DNA of 62,555 nt, the filler included, from Choristocarpus tenellus KU-1152 (lineage: Eukaryota; Protista; Phaeophyceae): assembly GCA_964200185.2 (NCBI GenBank). It is 12 parts of 12 records of this genome, joined end to end, with 100 filler letters (N's around TTAATTAATTAA, not from the genome) between each part and the next. Parts side by side here need not be neighbours in the genome. Positions count along the whole stretch, not along the records: positions 27,678 to 31,930 come from CAXNAD020015469.1; positions 32,031 to 34,923 come from CAXNAD020023864.1; positions 35,024 to 44,188 come from CAXNAD020003925.1; 9 more parts are not named here. The stretch is one strand, 5' to 3'. The translations under genes were made by a program, and so were the position numbers. This document shows positions 27,884 through 41,400 of the stretch, one piece after another; the stretch's first letter is position 1; the number at the start of each line of letters is the position of its first letter. The notes beneath the pieces are model-generated. The model searched no databases. It was not told the origin of the DNA and was given only the letters and a program-made list of their open reading frames with translations.

Positions 27884-30800
27884 AGGACCTCGAGGGAGCA
27901 GAGTGTCCTTAATGACAGGTATGTCAGCGTACCTGTTGGCTCGGAAGGGGCCACAGATGGCGTGTCCTTCAAGCATATTAGGAAGAATGTTCATGAAGAG
28001 ACTCTCTATAAGGTGAGTTGGTGTGTTGGTGTCTGTGTTATTGTGTGTATGCAGTTCTATAGGGTGAGTTTGTGTGTTGTGTGTTGTTGTGCGTGTTATT
28101 GTGTGTGTTATGGTGTGTGTTATTGTGTGCGTGCGCGCGCAAGATGCAATGTTGCCTCTTGAAGCAAACTTCCTCCAGTGGTGTCCTTCACCCCATTGAT
28201 GTATGATGTATGATGTATGATGTATGATGTATGGTGTATGACTGTTGTTTCCTTTGGTTCTGTTGATGTCTTGATGCTGTTAGTATGGTAGTCCCACACT
28301 GACTCTCCTTACGCTGCCTCCTTTTCATTCATCCATCCACCCATCCATCTCTGTTGACTCCAACTTCAGCCCTATCTGAAAGGATTAAATTAAATTAAAT
28401 TAAATGCTGACTCTCTCTTGTTATACTGTTGAATAGTCATTTTGCGGTAACTCTTTTTTCTAGTAATTTTGTGTAAGAAGCGAAAAATTTAGTATTTTAC
28501 TGATATTATTTTAATAATATTTAAATTACAATAACGATGTTGACATTTTTTTTTGTTATGTACAAAAACAGTGTGAGGATGAGCGATTTGAGCTGGATAT
28601 GCTCATTGAGAACAACGCTAGCGCTATCCGAGTGCTGGAACCAATGCTGGAGAGGATCAAGGAGCACGAAAGGGAAGTGGGTCCAGAGAACGCTCACATG
28701 GTAAAATATACATATATATTTTTATTTATATACACACACGCCGCACAAACATACGAGTAGAACCATTACCATTCCTGATGTTCTTTTTAACAAGAGTGCA
28801 TCATTTTAGGAATGATAAATTCAAGGAGAAAGTTTTTTTTTGAGTTTTTATTTTTTAACTTTGGGCGGTAAGGGGTTGTTTCGATTTTGTTGGACGAATA
28901 GGTTTGTGTGATTAAAAAAAAAAATTAAGTGCAGTTTGTTAGAACAAAAATAAATGTTATTTTCAATCTTTATAATTTTTAATGTCTTGTTGTAGAGATG
29001 TAGTTAGTGTTTGTTTGTTTGTTTGTTTGCATTTTGGTTTTGACTGTTAATATGGTTTTTGTATTATATGTGTGTCTTGTATTGTATGTGTATGTATGTG
29101 TGTATTTGGGTGGTTGTGTAAATTGAGAGGATTTCATGAGTGTTTTGTTGGTTTGATTGAATTGATTCCATCAATTGACATACTTTTAAAGTAAAACTTG
29201 AATTTAATTGAAGCTGGTTTGATTGAAGTGTGTATCAACCAAGCCCCCATCATTGTAACCCTGAACTGTAGGTATAGTATATAGTATATTTTATAGTATA
29301 AATATATTAATGCATAGTAATTAGTATAGTATAGTATATAGTGTAATGATATTAGTAGTTTGTATAGTAGTGTATGGTATATTACTAGTAATAATAATAA
29401 AATAATAGTAATAATTAGTATAGTAGTGTGGTATAATAATAGGGATAACTAGTGTAGTCGTGTGTGGTATTATAATAGTAAAAATTAAAGTAGTCGTGTA
29501 TGGTATAATAATAATTAGTAATGTATTGTGTGGTATGATAATAGTAGCAATTAGTATAATAGTGTATGGTATAACAATAATAATTTGTATAGTATAACAA
29601 TAATAATTTGTATGGTATAACAATAATAATTTGTATACTGTAACAATAATAATTTGTATGGTATAACAATAATAAATAGTTACGTACCTTACGATGGTTG
29701 TTGACTCCTTGCAGGGACGGTACCAATTCAAGTTGGATAAAAAATGCCTGAGCACCCTCAAACTCTCCTCCATCACACGGGTATATGGTGAGCACGCCAC
29801 TGCAATGTTGGAACTCCTGAGGAAGAATGCTGCTGCTGCTGTAGAGGTAGTCCTTCAGAGACTGACACAGAAGGATAAAGAGTGGCGAACGGTGAGCGGG
29901 TTTACTCTTACCCAAAAGGTGTTGATCGATCAGTCTATGTTTATGTTGTGTTGGCGTGGGTTTATGGTATTGTATTAGTAGCAATGTTGTAGTGTGTATT
30001 GTGTGTTGCGTATTTTGTTCTATCTATCTCATCTTTGGTTAGTTTTTATTCTTGTTTTGGTGCTTGTGTGAATGTGTGTGTGTGTGTGTGTGTGTTTAAT
30101 TTTTTTTTGGTGTTATAGTATGCTGTATTTATAAATAAAATGTTTCTGATGTTGTGTGCGTATGCATGTATGTAACACGTGTATGTGTGTGTGTGTATAT
30201 ATATGTATATATATATATATAATTTTTTCTTTTTTATTATGTGGTAGGTTCGTGATCGCATGAACAAGGGGTGGAGGCAGGTGCAGATTAGTACATACTA
30301 CAAGTCATTGGACAGGCGTTCTACAGCACAGAAGAATGAGGATAAGAAGCGTCATGGCAATAAGTATCTGTTGGCATATATTCGTGATAGGTGAGTGGAC
30401 TGCTGATTGTCATCATCATCATAATCATCATGATTATCATCATGATCGTCTTATTTATATTATTACTACTACTAGTACTACTACTATTATTGTTGTTATC
30501 GTTGCTATTATTATTATTATTATTGTTGTTGTTATTGTTATTGTTATTAATTTTGTTATTGTTATTAATTTTGTTAATTACTATTGTTATTACAGGAGGT
30601 CAAAGGAGTCCCTTGGGGTGTTGCCCAGGTGACTGCCCATGCCCCCCTAATATTTGAAATAAATGTGAAGAGTATGTATGTAGAAATATATATACATATT
30701 TGTATGTTTAAGGATACAGTCAGTAGATATTTTTATGTTTTTTTTCTCTGTATAGAGTAAGTAGAAGCGTTTGAAGGCGTTTTTTTGTGATGGGTTGGTT

Positions 30801-31930
30801 TTAAGGTTGTATGTACCATTGTGGTGCACTCTTGAAGAATGAAAGGTGGGCAGAGGCAAAAACCATATGATGTTAAGTGTTTAATGTGGGCCATTTGGTG
30901 GATGATGGATAATGGATGATGGATGATGGATGATGTGCATTACCATGTGGTTTGTGTTGTTGTCAAGGGGATGTGTTGTTCTGTTTCAATATGTGAAGGC
31001 TGTGAAATGATATAGTAAAGGTGGGTGTGTTCTTGCTAGTATTATATTGTTAGAGTTAGGGTTTAAAGTATAATGGATTTTTTTTTGTGCATTTTGCTTG
31101 GAAGTACGACAAAAAGTGGTGTACCCTAACTTTACGTGAAGCGGTGGTATAAAACGATATTTTCTTGGTGGGCATTGAACTCGCGATGTACGCGTTGAAA
31201 TGTATTACGATGATAACATACATACACAACATAAAATGAATTGCTCAGGTGAGACTTGAACTCAGCATGCTGTAGTTAAATGAGAGAGTGAGAGAACAGG
31301 AAGAGAGAGAGAGAGAGAGAGTGAAGAGGTTTCATTATTTGTTCAGTGTTGTTAAGGGTTCCATTTGCAATTAATTGGAGTTGACCGAGGAAGAAGCAGA
31401 AGCAGTTGGGATTTGGCAACTGGTGTATCTACAAGAAAAAAAAGTCTTGATTTTTTTTTTTTCAAGCTACACATTTGTTGCATTCATTGAGTGAAGTGGT
31501 TCCATTTTTTATTGATTCTATTCCCTTCTTATCTTAACCCTCATTATATCTATACTTCAAATAGTTAATAAAGAAGTAATCCCCCCCTGCCCGCCCACCC
31601 CATGTGACATGGCAGGCGTGCTGTCCTGTTGGCTGCTGAAGTGGATCCTGAGCCCTTTGTAACCTCCAGCACTTTTGAACCTTCCCTCTCGAGAGACGGA
31701 AAGTTTTCTGGCTCAGCCACCGGGGCTGCCACAGGAGTTGCCACAACTGACTCTGGGGCGAAGTCTGGAGATGCAGGCGAGGCAGATGCCATTGCTGCAG
31801 GTTCTAACTTGGATTCTGCTGGTGGAGAAGGGAGTGTCAGCGATGCAGGGCCTCAGCCCATGGTGGTGGAGGGCGCAACTAGAGAGGAAGGTGGGGTGGA
31901 GTCAAAGGATAGGGTTGGTGGTATTGGGGG
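27884..31930 (+). CDS. SIN3: Sin3 co-repressor (HDAC-interacting region), internal fragment, spliced
   Basis: Exons 27884-28012 (SVLNDRYVSVPVGSE..SFKHIRKNVHEETLYK), 28572-28700 (CEDERFELDMLIENNASAIRVLE), 29715-29891 (RVYGEH...LLRKN....VEVVLQRLTQKDKEW), 30248-30390 (YYKSLDRRS), 30596-30628 and 31616-31930. All are GT-AG and in phase. Confidence 0.92.
29270..29680. repeat. AT-rich degenerate minisatellite including ~5 copies of a 23-bp unit (gtataacaataataatttgtatg)
   Basis: Visible tandem units in a Sin3 intron; explains the spurious Tyr/Ile-rich ORFs. Confidence 0.85.
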
Positions 31931-34900
31931 NNNNNNNNNNNNNNNNNNNNNNNNNNNNNNNNNNNNNNNNNNNNTTAATTAATTAANNNNNNNNNNNNNN
32001 NNNNNNNNNNNNNNNNNNNNNNNNNNNNNNGTAAGAGGTTCTTTATACTCAACCTCTAATTGTTTGTTCCATTCCTCCATACATATTTTACCGTAACTGT
32101 TCGATAGAGTTGGAAGAGTCTAATCGAAAACGTGACCCACACAACAATATGAACCACGGCGGAGAGACAAGGAGAGCTGTTGAGGCCACTCTTCCCCCTA
32201 GATCTGCCCTCGGCACCTTCTCTGTCGAGAGGCGACAGAAAAACAATTACCGTGTGATACTCAATGCGATGTTAAGTGATGAGAAAGTGCGCGTAGTGTG
32301 ACGCAGCAGCATGATCAAATCGCGAAATGAACCATGCAGCCGCAACACTGACGCTGAGAGATGGATCGAAAGCATTACCACACAAACGTGGTGGGATCTC
32401 CAACCGCTGTGAAGCACTATTCTGCAGTCTCTGCCATCTCGGGAAAGCAGGAAGAGAGAGGCGAGTCCATCACCATGTGGTACGGTGACGAAGTCTATGG
32501 GGAAGCCTCGTCGTGGCGGGCGAAGTGAGAACCAAGGTTGCCGGCCGAACGGAAGGTTGGGGAGGAGAGCAGTGGGACTGCGAGCCATTGCACTCAGGAA
32601 ACGCCTAATCTAAGCGTAAAGCTCAGGGTGTATAATATCTTAGTAGTCAACAGGTGCAGCAGGCCCTAGCTGTTTGGAAGCTATCCGAACCGGAGGGGCT
32701 TAGGGAAACAAGAAAGAAAGTGTTAGGGTTGGGGTACAAGGGCTCTGAAGCCCGAAAGAAGGTCGAAATAGGTCGCAAGGAGGAGGAGAAAGCGATCGTA
32801 ACAAAGGCAGCTGCGGAGAGTTTTCGTTACCACCAAATCCTTTACTTCGAAGAGGTCACGAAGCAGGTGGAGGTAGCCATCGATGAGGATGTCAGGGAAG
32901 AAGAGGTAAAATTGAGACTATTTTCATACTGGTGGTTTGGCATGAAAGGTATTGCAATATGCCGTACTTTCACATTTGTTCCTGGACTTAGGATTGGACG
33001 TATAAAGTTGGTTAATGCTTTCTCTCCCTAGCCCGCATTCATTCGAGAAATCAACACAATTTTCGATCAACCCAAGCCTGTCCTCCCTTGCCCTTGCGCC
33101 TTGATGATAAAATATCACCCATCCAGGAAACATGGACAACGCCCATTTCCGACGCTCAGCTAGGAAATGTGATAGTGAAGGCTCTAACACTGCGAATCCT
33201 GTACCTGTGTATGAACGACGGGAAAGACCATCAAACGGTGTGGCAGCAGGATATGTGATGGTCAGGTCGGAATATGTGCGTAAATGGGAGAGAGACTTCG
33301 TACCTAGGGGCCACATCAAAGTGTCGGAGCAATGGCGCGATGAGAGGCGTTTCGTTCTGGGCCTCGATGAGGACATCCTTGCTGAGGTCAGAGTGGGTGC
33401 GCGAACACACACGAGGAAAGTGTGGGGAGGCTTTTTTCCCGTCTAAACCCTATACTTTAATTGAGTAATAGTGCATCTGTTGCCACTCTTGGTGACCTAC
33501 AATCCGGGGTTCGAACCCTAATATGAGCGTTCTTTCTTCAAAAAGAAAACATGGCGAAAACCAAACGAAGTCTGTACTCTGGAGGACCTTGTGACGGGCA
33601 TCACGAGTATGTTCTTATTGTTTTAGTCCGACGTCTACATCTAATGCTATGACGGGACAACTCCAGAGGGCGAAGCTACTGGTACCACTATACTGGTAAA
33701 GGAGGTGAAGTAGGATGGTAAGATGTTGGTTGTAGAAACGAATAAAGATATCTAGGAGTTGAACTTCAATCAAATCAGAAAGAGGAAGAAAAGGTCAGGT
33801 TTGCACAGGTGAGGGATCAGTTGGTTTTAGTTGGTACGTATGTGAGAGCGACCCAAAGAGCTGGTGGTGGTAAGGTTCCATTTTATAACATACAATAACA
33901 TTATAAATATATATATATATATTTTCGAACATGTCCTAGCGCGCGAACGACCCAACTCGTGACCACAAGGACGGCTACTGGTTATGTACAAAACAGAATA
34001 GATGGGTGGACAGGATGTTCTGGGTTTTCTAGAGTACATAAGTGAGAGAGTCGGTACTTGTAACGTTTACTTGGTGTCGTAGGGCATGTTCGTGTGAGAG
34101 CCAGTACTAATAATATTTCCTACTACTGGTAACATATATATATATTTTAGGATTTCTGATTTGAGGGGGAAATTGGATGTGCACGGGTGAGTCTATGCGT
34201 GAGGATGAGAGCTGGTAGTAGTAACATCAAAACAGACAAATTGGCGGATGGACGGACAGGAATTACTTGGTTTTGCACAATACATAGGTAAGACGAAGGG
34301 AAAAAAAATTGTAGGGTCGTATCAGGGGAATTTTTTTTTTACCCATCGCCAGTAATGGTACAGACTTACTATGATGTTTTTTGAGCTTTTGTAGATGTGT
34401 CAGGGGAAAAGAAAAAAAAGGGCAATTCAATATCATAAGAACCCCTCCAAAAAGTAACAATTGTCGTCAATGTGAAAGATATTTTTTCTATCTACTATTC
34501 TACTGCCAGCTATGATACACCACTCCCTTCCTATAACTCCAATCTAGGTTAGCCCTACACCTTAGGGTTAGGAGCTAGGGAAGCATCCCAAGAATCTGAC
34601 CAGCCCCTCCTTGCCCATTTCCAGCTTAAAATGCATGAAACGTCTTACATATATTATTTTGCCCTCTGACATTTTGGAGACATTATGTTTTTGGTGGTTT
34701 GTTTCGATGCAGGAATTGGATTTTGCTACTTAATACCAAGAGTTCGTTCTGTTGTCCTTGGTTCCTTCCACCCGTATGAGTACCTACCACACTAGGTAGG
34801 ATAAAACGAAATGACCCATCTTCACAGCCGACTCTTGGCCGAAAGTACCTGGGGGGGGAGGGGGGGGGGGGGGTTACACCAGGTTGTTCATTTGGGCCAT

Positions 34901-35023
34901 AACCAGGAAAAGTGCACTTGCATNNNNNNNNNNNNNNNNNNNNNNNNNNNNNNNNNNNNNNNNNNNNTTAATTAATTAANNNNNNNNNNNNNNNNNNNNN
35001 NNNNNNNNNNNNNNNNNNNNNNN

Positions 35024-35164
35024 GACACACATTTTCATAACATACACATTTTACCTACACCTAAACATTTTGGAGTAGGAAAATGTAATAAAAGAACCCA
35101 TGGGAAGCCAAGCCCTAAATAGAGAAAAAGGGCAAAACTCGTACCCTCTAAGATACTTTCATTC
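35024..35164. mobile_element. MITE family A partial copy at contig start
   Basis: Ends ...gtaccctctaagatactttcattc. Confidence 0.85.
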
Positions 35165-35474
35165 TCTTAATCTTGGTACTATTCATTGTATCGGTGTTAG
35201 TGTTGTTGCTAGTCTTTGTGGTAGTATCTGTATCAGTATTCTTGTTGGTATTCATACACTTGTTTTTGTACTCCATGTACTAGTATTAGCATCAGCGTTG
35301 GTATTGGTGTTATTGGTATTGGTATTGATTTGTAGGAGCGGTAGTAATAAAAGCCCTCAGAATGGTCTTACAGCATATATCTCTCATTGTTTAGTCTCCC
35401 CCAGTCACCCCTACCTCTCCCTTTTCAATACTGAACCTTTGCTTCCTGGGTCTACGACACAAGTTCGATTCCAG

Positions 35475-38400
35475 CATGAAGTTGTGCCTGTGGATTGCCG
35501 GTGGACTCCTGGTGTTCAGCTGCTTGCTAATGTTCCTGGTGGTGTTGAATGGCGACATTTTCCAGGATAACACGCTGGCCATTTTCAACGCCCTTACGGC
35601 ATACCCAATCATCGCCTATGGGATCTTCAAGACCCTACAGGTTAGGTTCATTCCTGGAAAGACTTAGCTATTAGTGTTTAACTGACTCCTCAACACCTTG
35701 CTGAAGAACTGCAAAGTTCTGCTTTTAAGGAGCGAATGTAGTGGTTTGAATCAACCACTACGGTGATATTGAACTACTTGTGGTTTGCACTCTTCTGGGG
35801 GTAATATCTGTGGGAGAAGCTTCCATTTTGTAAAAGTAACCCCCCTTGCCTCCACTGTTTGCATACAACTCATTCAGCAAAGTGAAAACTATTCAGCTAC
35901 TTAATGTATTAGTTTTGTCTTGATATCTGATTTGTATGACCCCTTTAGAGGGGACATACCCATTTCCACGTGGATTAACTATCTCCTATTTTGTTTCCAT
36001 TTCAAATACTATTCAAGGTTACAGGCTTTAATGTATTAGTTCAGTGTTCCGTGAAGTATTATGCGCTTGAGCTCCTCAAAATTTGTCATGATCTGAACAC
36101 AAGTGGCATACTACTTCCATCAAGGCAATCTATATCTCAAAGGAGTCATTCACACTTTGATGGAGAGTTGACTGGCATTGGTTGGTGATTGCACTATTTC
36201 TAGTGAAAGCGCTGGGTACCTGTCAGTGCACCCTCAGCGATTTTGATCTAATGCAGACTGACGAGAAGCAACACCCCCATCCATTTCGGAGTACCTAGCC
36301 TTACCAGACTCAACCCCTGTCAGGGTCAGGGTTTTTTCTGTTCCCTTCATATTGTACTTCCATTTGGTATTGTCTAAGATACAAGAGAGAGTGATCAATG
36401 AATGCTACCTCATTCCCAACCTCACAATTGCAAACAGATGCTTGATGGTAACCCGGTCAGAATTCATGATAGAGCATCCCCATCATTGGAAGATGAGGGC
36501 AGGATGCCATTGCGAAGAAAACTGAAGCTAGTCTCTTCTAAGTGGTTATCATTCAGAGTACTATTCACCTTTACCCTACTGTTGTGGGTATGGCAAAGCT
36601 TCACCTGGGGGGGGGTCTACCTAGGCTACGGGCTTGCAGTGGTTGGTGCTATAGTGGCACTCGGACGGTTCATGGCTCAAGACTTCATCACTTATCATGT
36701 CATTTCAAGGTAAATAATATATTCAAGTACAGAGTACACATGCGATTTAAAATTTACCTAGATCACCTCAGGGAAAGGGAGGGTGGTGGAGGACTATGCT
36801 GATTTCCCCAAGAAAAAAAAGAGCCTCATATTCAAAGTGCTCTCCACCAACAAACTACTAGAGATCACTACGCTAAAATCCATTGCTGGAAAACACACGA
36901 CTACTGTTTTGTCAATCAACAGCTGAAGTGGGGAAGGTTTAAAAATAAAGCTGGAATGCAAAGATTCATGTGTATACATGTGTGTGTGTTTGGGTTTAAA
37001 ATATGTGGGCTAGTATGTGTTGATCTATTTCTAATGTTCTGCTAGATGCTGATCATTATTATATCATTCCTCAATGAATCATTAGCACTGTTTCTTAGAC
37101 TCTTCCTGCAATGATAACTATCTGAGTGTCAGGCGCATTTCTGACATTTTCCTCGTTATCTATCTATGTCACCTGACCTAGGTTCAATGCAAAAGCCTCA
37201 CAGATATTTGTCAAGGTGGTCATGGCGGCCAGCCTGATCGCAGGCTTCTCTGGGGCTGGTGCAGAGGCTTTTTGCCTCACTGTCTTCTTCCTCCTTTGGA
37301 TGCTGAGAATAACCTTCACTATTGTGATGTATCTCATTGACAGGGAACCGGACACGATAATGTATTTTGGCCCATGGGTGAGATATTAATGCCACAGACC
37401 TTGGCTTTACATTCACATGGGAGCTAAAGTATCTTCGAGGGTAGAGTCGCGTCCGTTTGGGCACAAAAATTCAATGTTGCGATTTTGATGCAATTTTGGC
37501 TATTGTATTTGTTAGGAAGTGTCAATATCCTTGCTCCTGACACACCTTATGATAATGTACACATTTTACCTACTGCGAAACATTTCAGAGTAGATAAAAT
37601 GTAATAAGAGTCCCATGGTAACCCTATCCCCAAATGGACAAACAGGGAAAAACTCTTACCCTCTAAGATACTTTCACTCATGGGCTTGCGTTGTGCGGAA
37701 GCCCACCTTAAACTAGTAATCATAACAGAGTGAAAGTACATTAGAGGGTAACAGTTTTGCCCTGTTTGTCCGTTTGGGGCTTGGGTTCCCACGGGTTTTT
37801 TATGACATTTTCCTACACTCCAAAATGGTTCAGAGGAAGTAAAATGTATACGATATGAAAAGATGTGTCTGGAACAAGGATATTGACACTTCCTAACTAA
37901 CGCCATAGCCAAAATTACATCAAAATCGCAACATTGGATTTTGGCCCCCAATTGGACACGGCTGTACCCTCTAAGATATTTTGACTCACATACACCCATC
38001 AATAGAGAGGCAAGTGCCTCGTGTCAGTGGATCTGACCCTTGGAGAAGAAGATGGATGGAGAAGGAGATAGTTCTTCCATAATGAGCCAAGATTGCAATG
38101 AATTCTTGCCTGAATGCTGTTCTGTCTAGTTTTGACTCATTCTGCGGTCGTCTTCAATATATGTACATGTGTATATGTATGTGTATGTGTATGTGTTTGA
38201 GTTTGTGTGTTTGTCTTCGTTTATGTGTGTTTGTGTGTGTGCACGAGTGTGTTTGAGTTTGAATACGAGTGTGTGTGTATGCATAGGCAGAACATACAAC
38301 AATGTTTTACAAAGTGAGCATTAGAACCACTTTCGCAGACTCATACCCCTTGCAGGCTAGTAAATATACATTCACAGTAGTTTCCTCTGATTTCACAAGT

Positions 38401-41400
38401 CCCATGAAAACAACCATCTCTAGCATCTCTCCAATGTCTCTGTCTTATCCCTGTTCCTGTTGCGATAATGATGACCCCAGGTGTTCCCAGCCTACTCCTA
38501 TGACGCACAGACCAATAACTTGGTGGATGAAACTCCCATAGTACAGCAGGTGTTTTATGGGCTCCTGGTAGGAGTGGGGTGGGGCACAGCAGTGGCTATT
38601 TTTGTGGAACCCCTGGGAGTAGGTGTGGTGAGTGCCCAACCTTGTCTATGATGCTGTCCAGAAACCTGAACTGGTGTTAAAGTTGGTTTCCAACTAGTGA
38701 CCTTCTAGGTCTGATTGATCATCCATATCAGTACTACACCTTTCTTCTTCAATGATAATCTTACCAGTACTCTAATGTATCTAGTGGCACATCCCTTGGT
38801 CTCCGACAACGCTTGTACCCTTCTACCACTTAGCCCTGGATATGTAGTTCAAATAAGTCGTTTCCGCAAGAATTTTCCCTTTGACTTCTCTCTCATTTGA
38901 GTACCAATCTTCTCTTATCTGTTTCACTCAAGCATTTCGACTCCGAAGGATTATCTAAAATACTAACGGTAATTGCAGGCCACCCTGTACTATTTTCCAT
39001 ATTGTATCTCTTTCCATCTTTCAAACTGCACCTCAGGATGATGTAAATGATTTGGGGGTTGATCACACGGTTCAGTTTCAGCATATGATTCTAGTCCCTA
39101 CAAACTTCCAGATCTTGTTTGTTTTATTGTGTGGCACCTACACAGACAGATATAAGCCTCTAACAAACAATGCAGAATACATGTCACACAGGCAGAGGGG
39201 ACAAAAGCCCCCAGGCACCTAACGCATTCAGAGGTCCTCACCCATCCTGCATCGTCCTATCTGCTGTTACCTACTATGCCACCACATACGCGCGCGCGCA
39301 CACACACACACACACATACACCGGACAGATAATTGCTTGTGTGTTCCTGATGGCCCTTGCAACAGTGGCTGCTGCATGTGTCAGCTCTGCCCCCAACAAA
39401 CTCGGGATTGCGGCTCAGTTCCTTGACTCATCTCTTGTGCGAGAGGCTGGGGATGTGGCTCGAGAAACCTTTATTGACAGGCAGGCAGATGTCCAGGTGA
39501 AACGAAGCAAGAACAGAAACAAATTATCAAGCACCCCTCTTGGGAGGGGAAGACTATTCTCATTTAATGCATGCCCCAACTCCATCTTGAATGGGTTTAC
39601 TCCATGGTACTCAAGAACGTAATTTGAGTAGGTGCTACAGCTTTCTACAGCCACACTCAATGGTGAGTGCTTAATACTCCATACTTTCTGTGGGTACCTC
39701 TATGCTTGAACTTGCTCTTGCTCTTGGGTAGCAAGGCCGTGCTGAGCAACTCTTCACAGGTACTCCTCTGATGATAGACTGGCATAAACTGCACTATGCT
39801 CTTGCCCAAGAAACTACGGAAGCATGATGACTATGTCCATCAACACAGCCTAAATTCTGACACAACCAAATATGTGTACATCCTTGCATACACACCCACA
39901 TATATTAAAACTATTATCTCTCCTGCAGGTGGAATGTAAGGACTTCTCAGAGGGAACAACAGCACCTACTGCTAATAACCTTGGACACAATAGTACTGAA
40001 AGAAGTAGAAGGGCAGCCAAACTATTCAAGATGCGAGATACGGCTGCAGAAATGGCAGTGGCCTTGGAAGAACAGGTATGAAAGACACACAATTGTGTCT
40101 CCAAGCTAATGGAGAATGGTAATTCATGAACAGAGATGTGTTCAAGGGGGGAAGCAAGATCTGAGATTCTCATGATTCAACCCACTTCTGGACCCTGAAT
40201 TCTGGAAGCAAAGGTCATATTCCTCTCACAAACGTTTGTAGTTGAACACCTCACGTTTCCCTTAGATGCCCAGATACTCTCTTCAGATAGCCTTAGCTCC
40301 CCAAAAGCCCACCGCTACCCTGAAAACAGAAAAGGGCTCTTCGAGTAACGTTGGACAAGGAAACAGAAACGGAACTTCCCAAGCAAGATGCTCTTTTGAC
40401 CTTCAAAGATGCCATGGCCGAGGCCCTTATAGCTGGAAAGGGCCCCCTTGGTCCCCTTGGCGTGTATGGTCTGTGGTACAAAATCTTGGTGAGAGTAGGA
40501 TGTTACCCAAGGGTGATGTGTGACTTTCTCTCAGTCAAGGTACTCATAGTGAAGATATTTGAGTTGCTGCACTCTATAAACTGTTTTACTTCGAAAACGA
40601 AGTATGACAGATGTATCATTGGTAATACTGAGTCAATGGAAGAATTGCATTGACCACTCTCAACTTCTGTACCAATCCTTCTCGCCTGGGCTCAATTCTA
40701 AACTCTTCATCCTGTCATGGTGCATCAGCATTGTCAACCATTCTGGTTGGAATCACTTGACTGCTTCGTTCAATAGTACCTATTCTACCAAAAGCACATT
40801 TTGCCCTTGCCACACCCTCCACTCGGGGTTCAGGACTAGACACAGTCCAATGCTTAGTTGTACGTTCTGGGTGTACTTAGGAAAGTTACAATATTGTCTG
40901 TGTGGGAATCCAATCCATGCTCGTTCTAGTCCCCATTCAGTCAACAATGCCAAAATCTGCTCAACTGACCGAAACAGCTGATTGTGGCAAGGCTCGGGAA
41001 ATTGAAATTATTTCACTACCTCAGTCCAAGTCACAACCCTGTCCTCTCAAGTTACCTGAGCAATGGTCAGAGGAGGAATACAGATCAGTTCTCACTTCCA
41101 ATGGACTACATTCAGGCGCTGATGGAGGTAAAACTATGATAACAATATCCTTCTTGGGCTCCATTTTCCCACTATCTTACATACATATTGCTTTGTCAAT
41201 TGCATTGAGTACCGACTGAACTTCAAGTCGACGGCATAAAGCAATCTGGTACTTGCATACCGCAACTTTCTGTAGGTGAGAGACGCCTTGCTCATAAATT
41301 TCCCTCCATACCCTCCTCAAAGAACCACCCTCCACAATGTACTCTGACCGTTCTACTGCGTGCACCATAAAGATCCTGGATCAGGAGGAATTGTTTAGGC

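Noticed and set aside
5445-30657. Low-complexity ORFs (YIH/VCM, YY/II, poly-I/L, poly-P/G)
   Set aside because: They are translations of microsatellites and homopolymers in introns.
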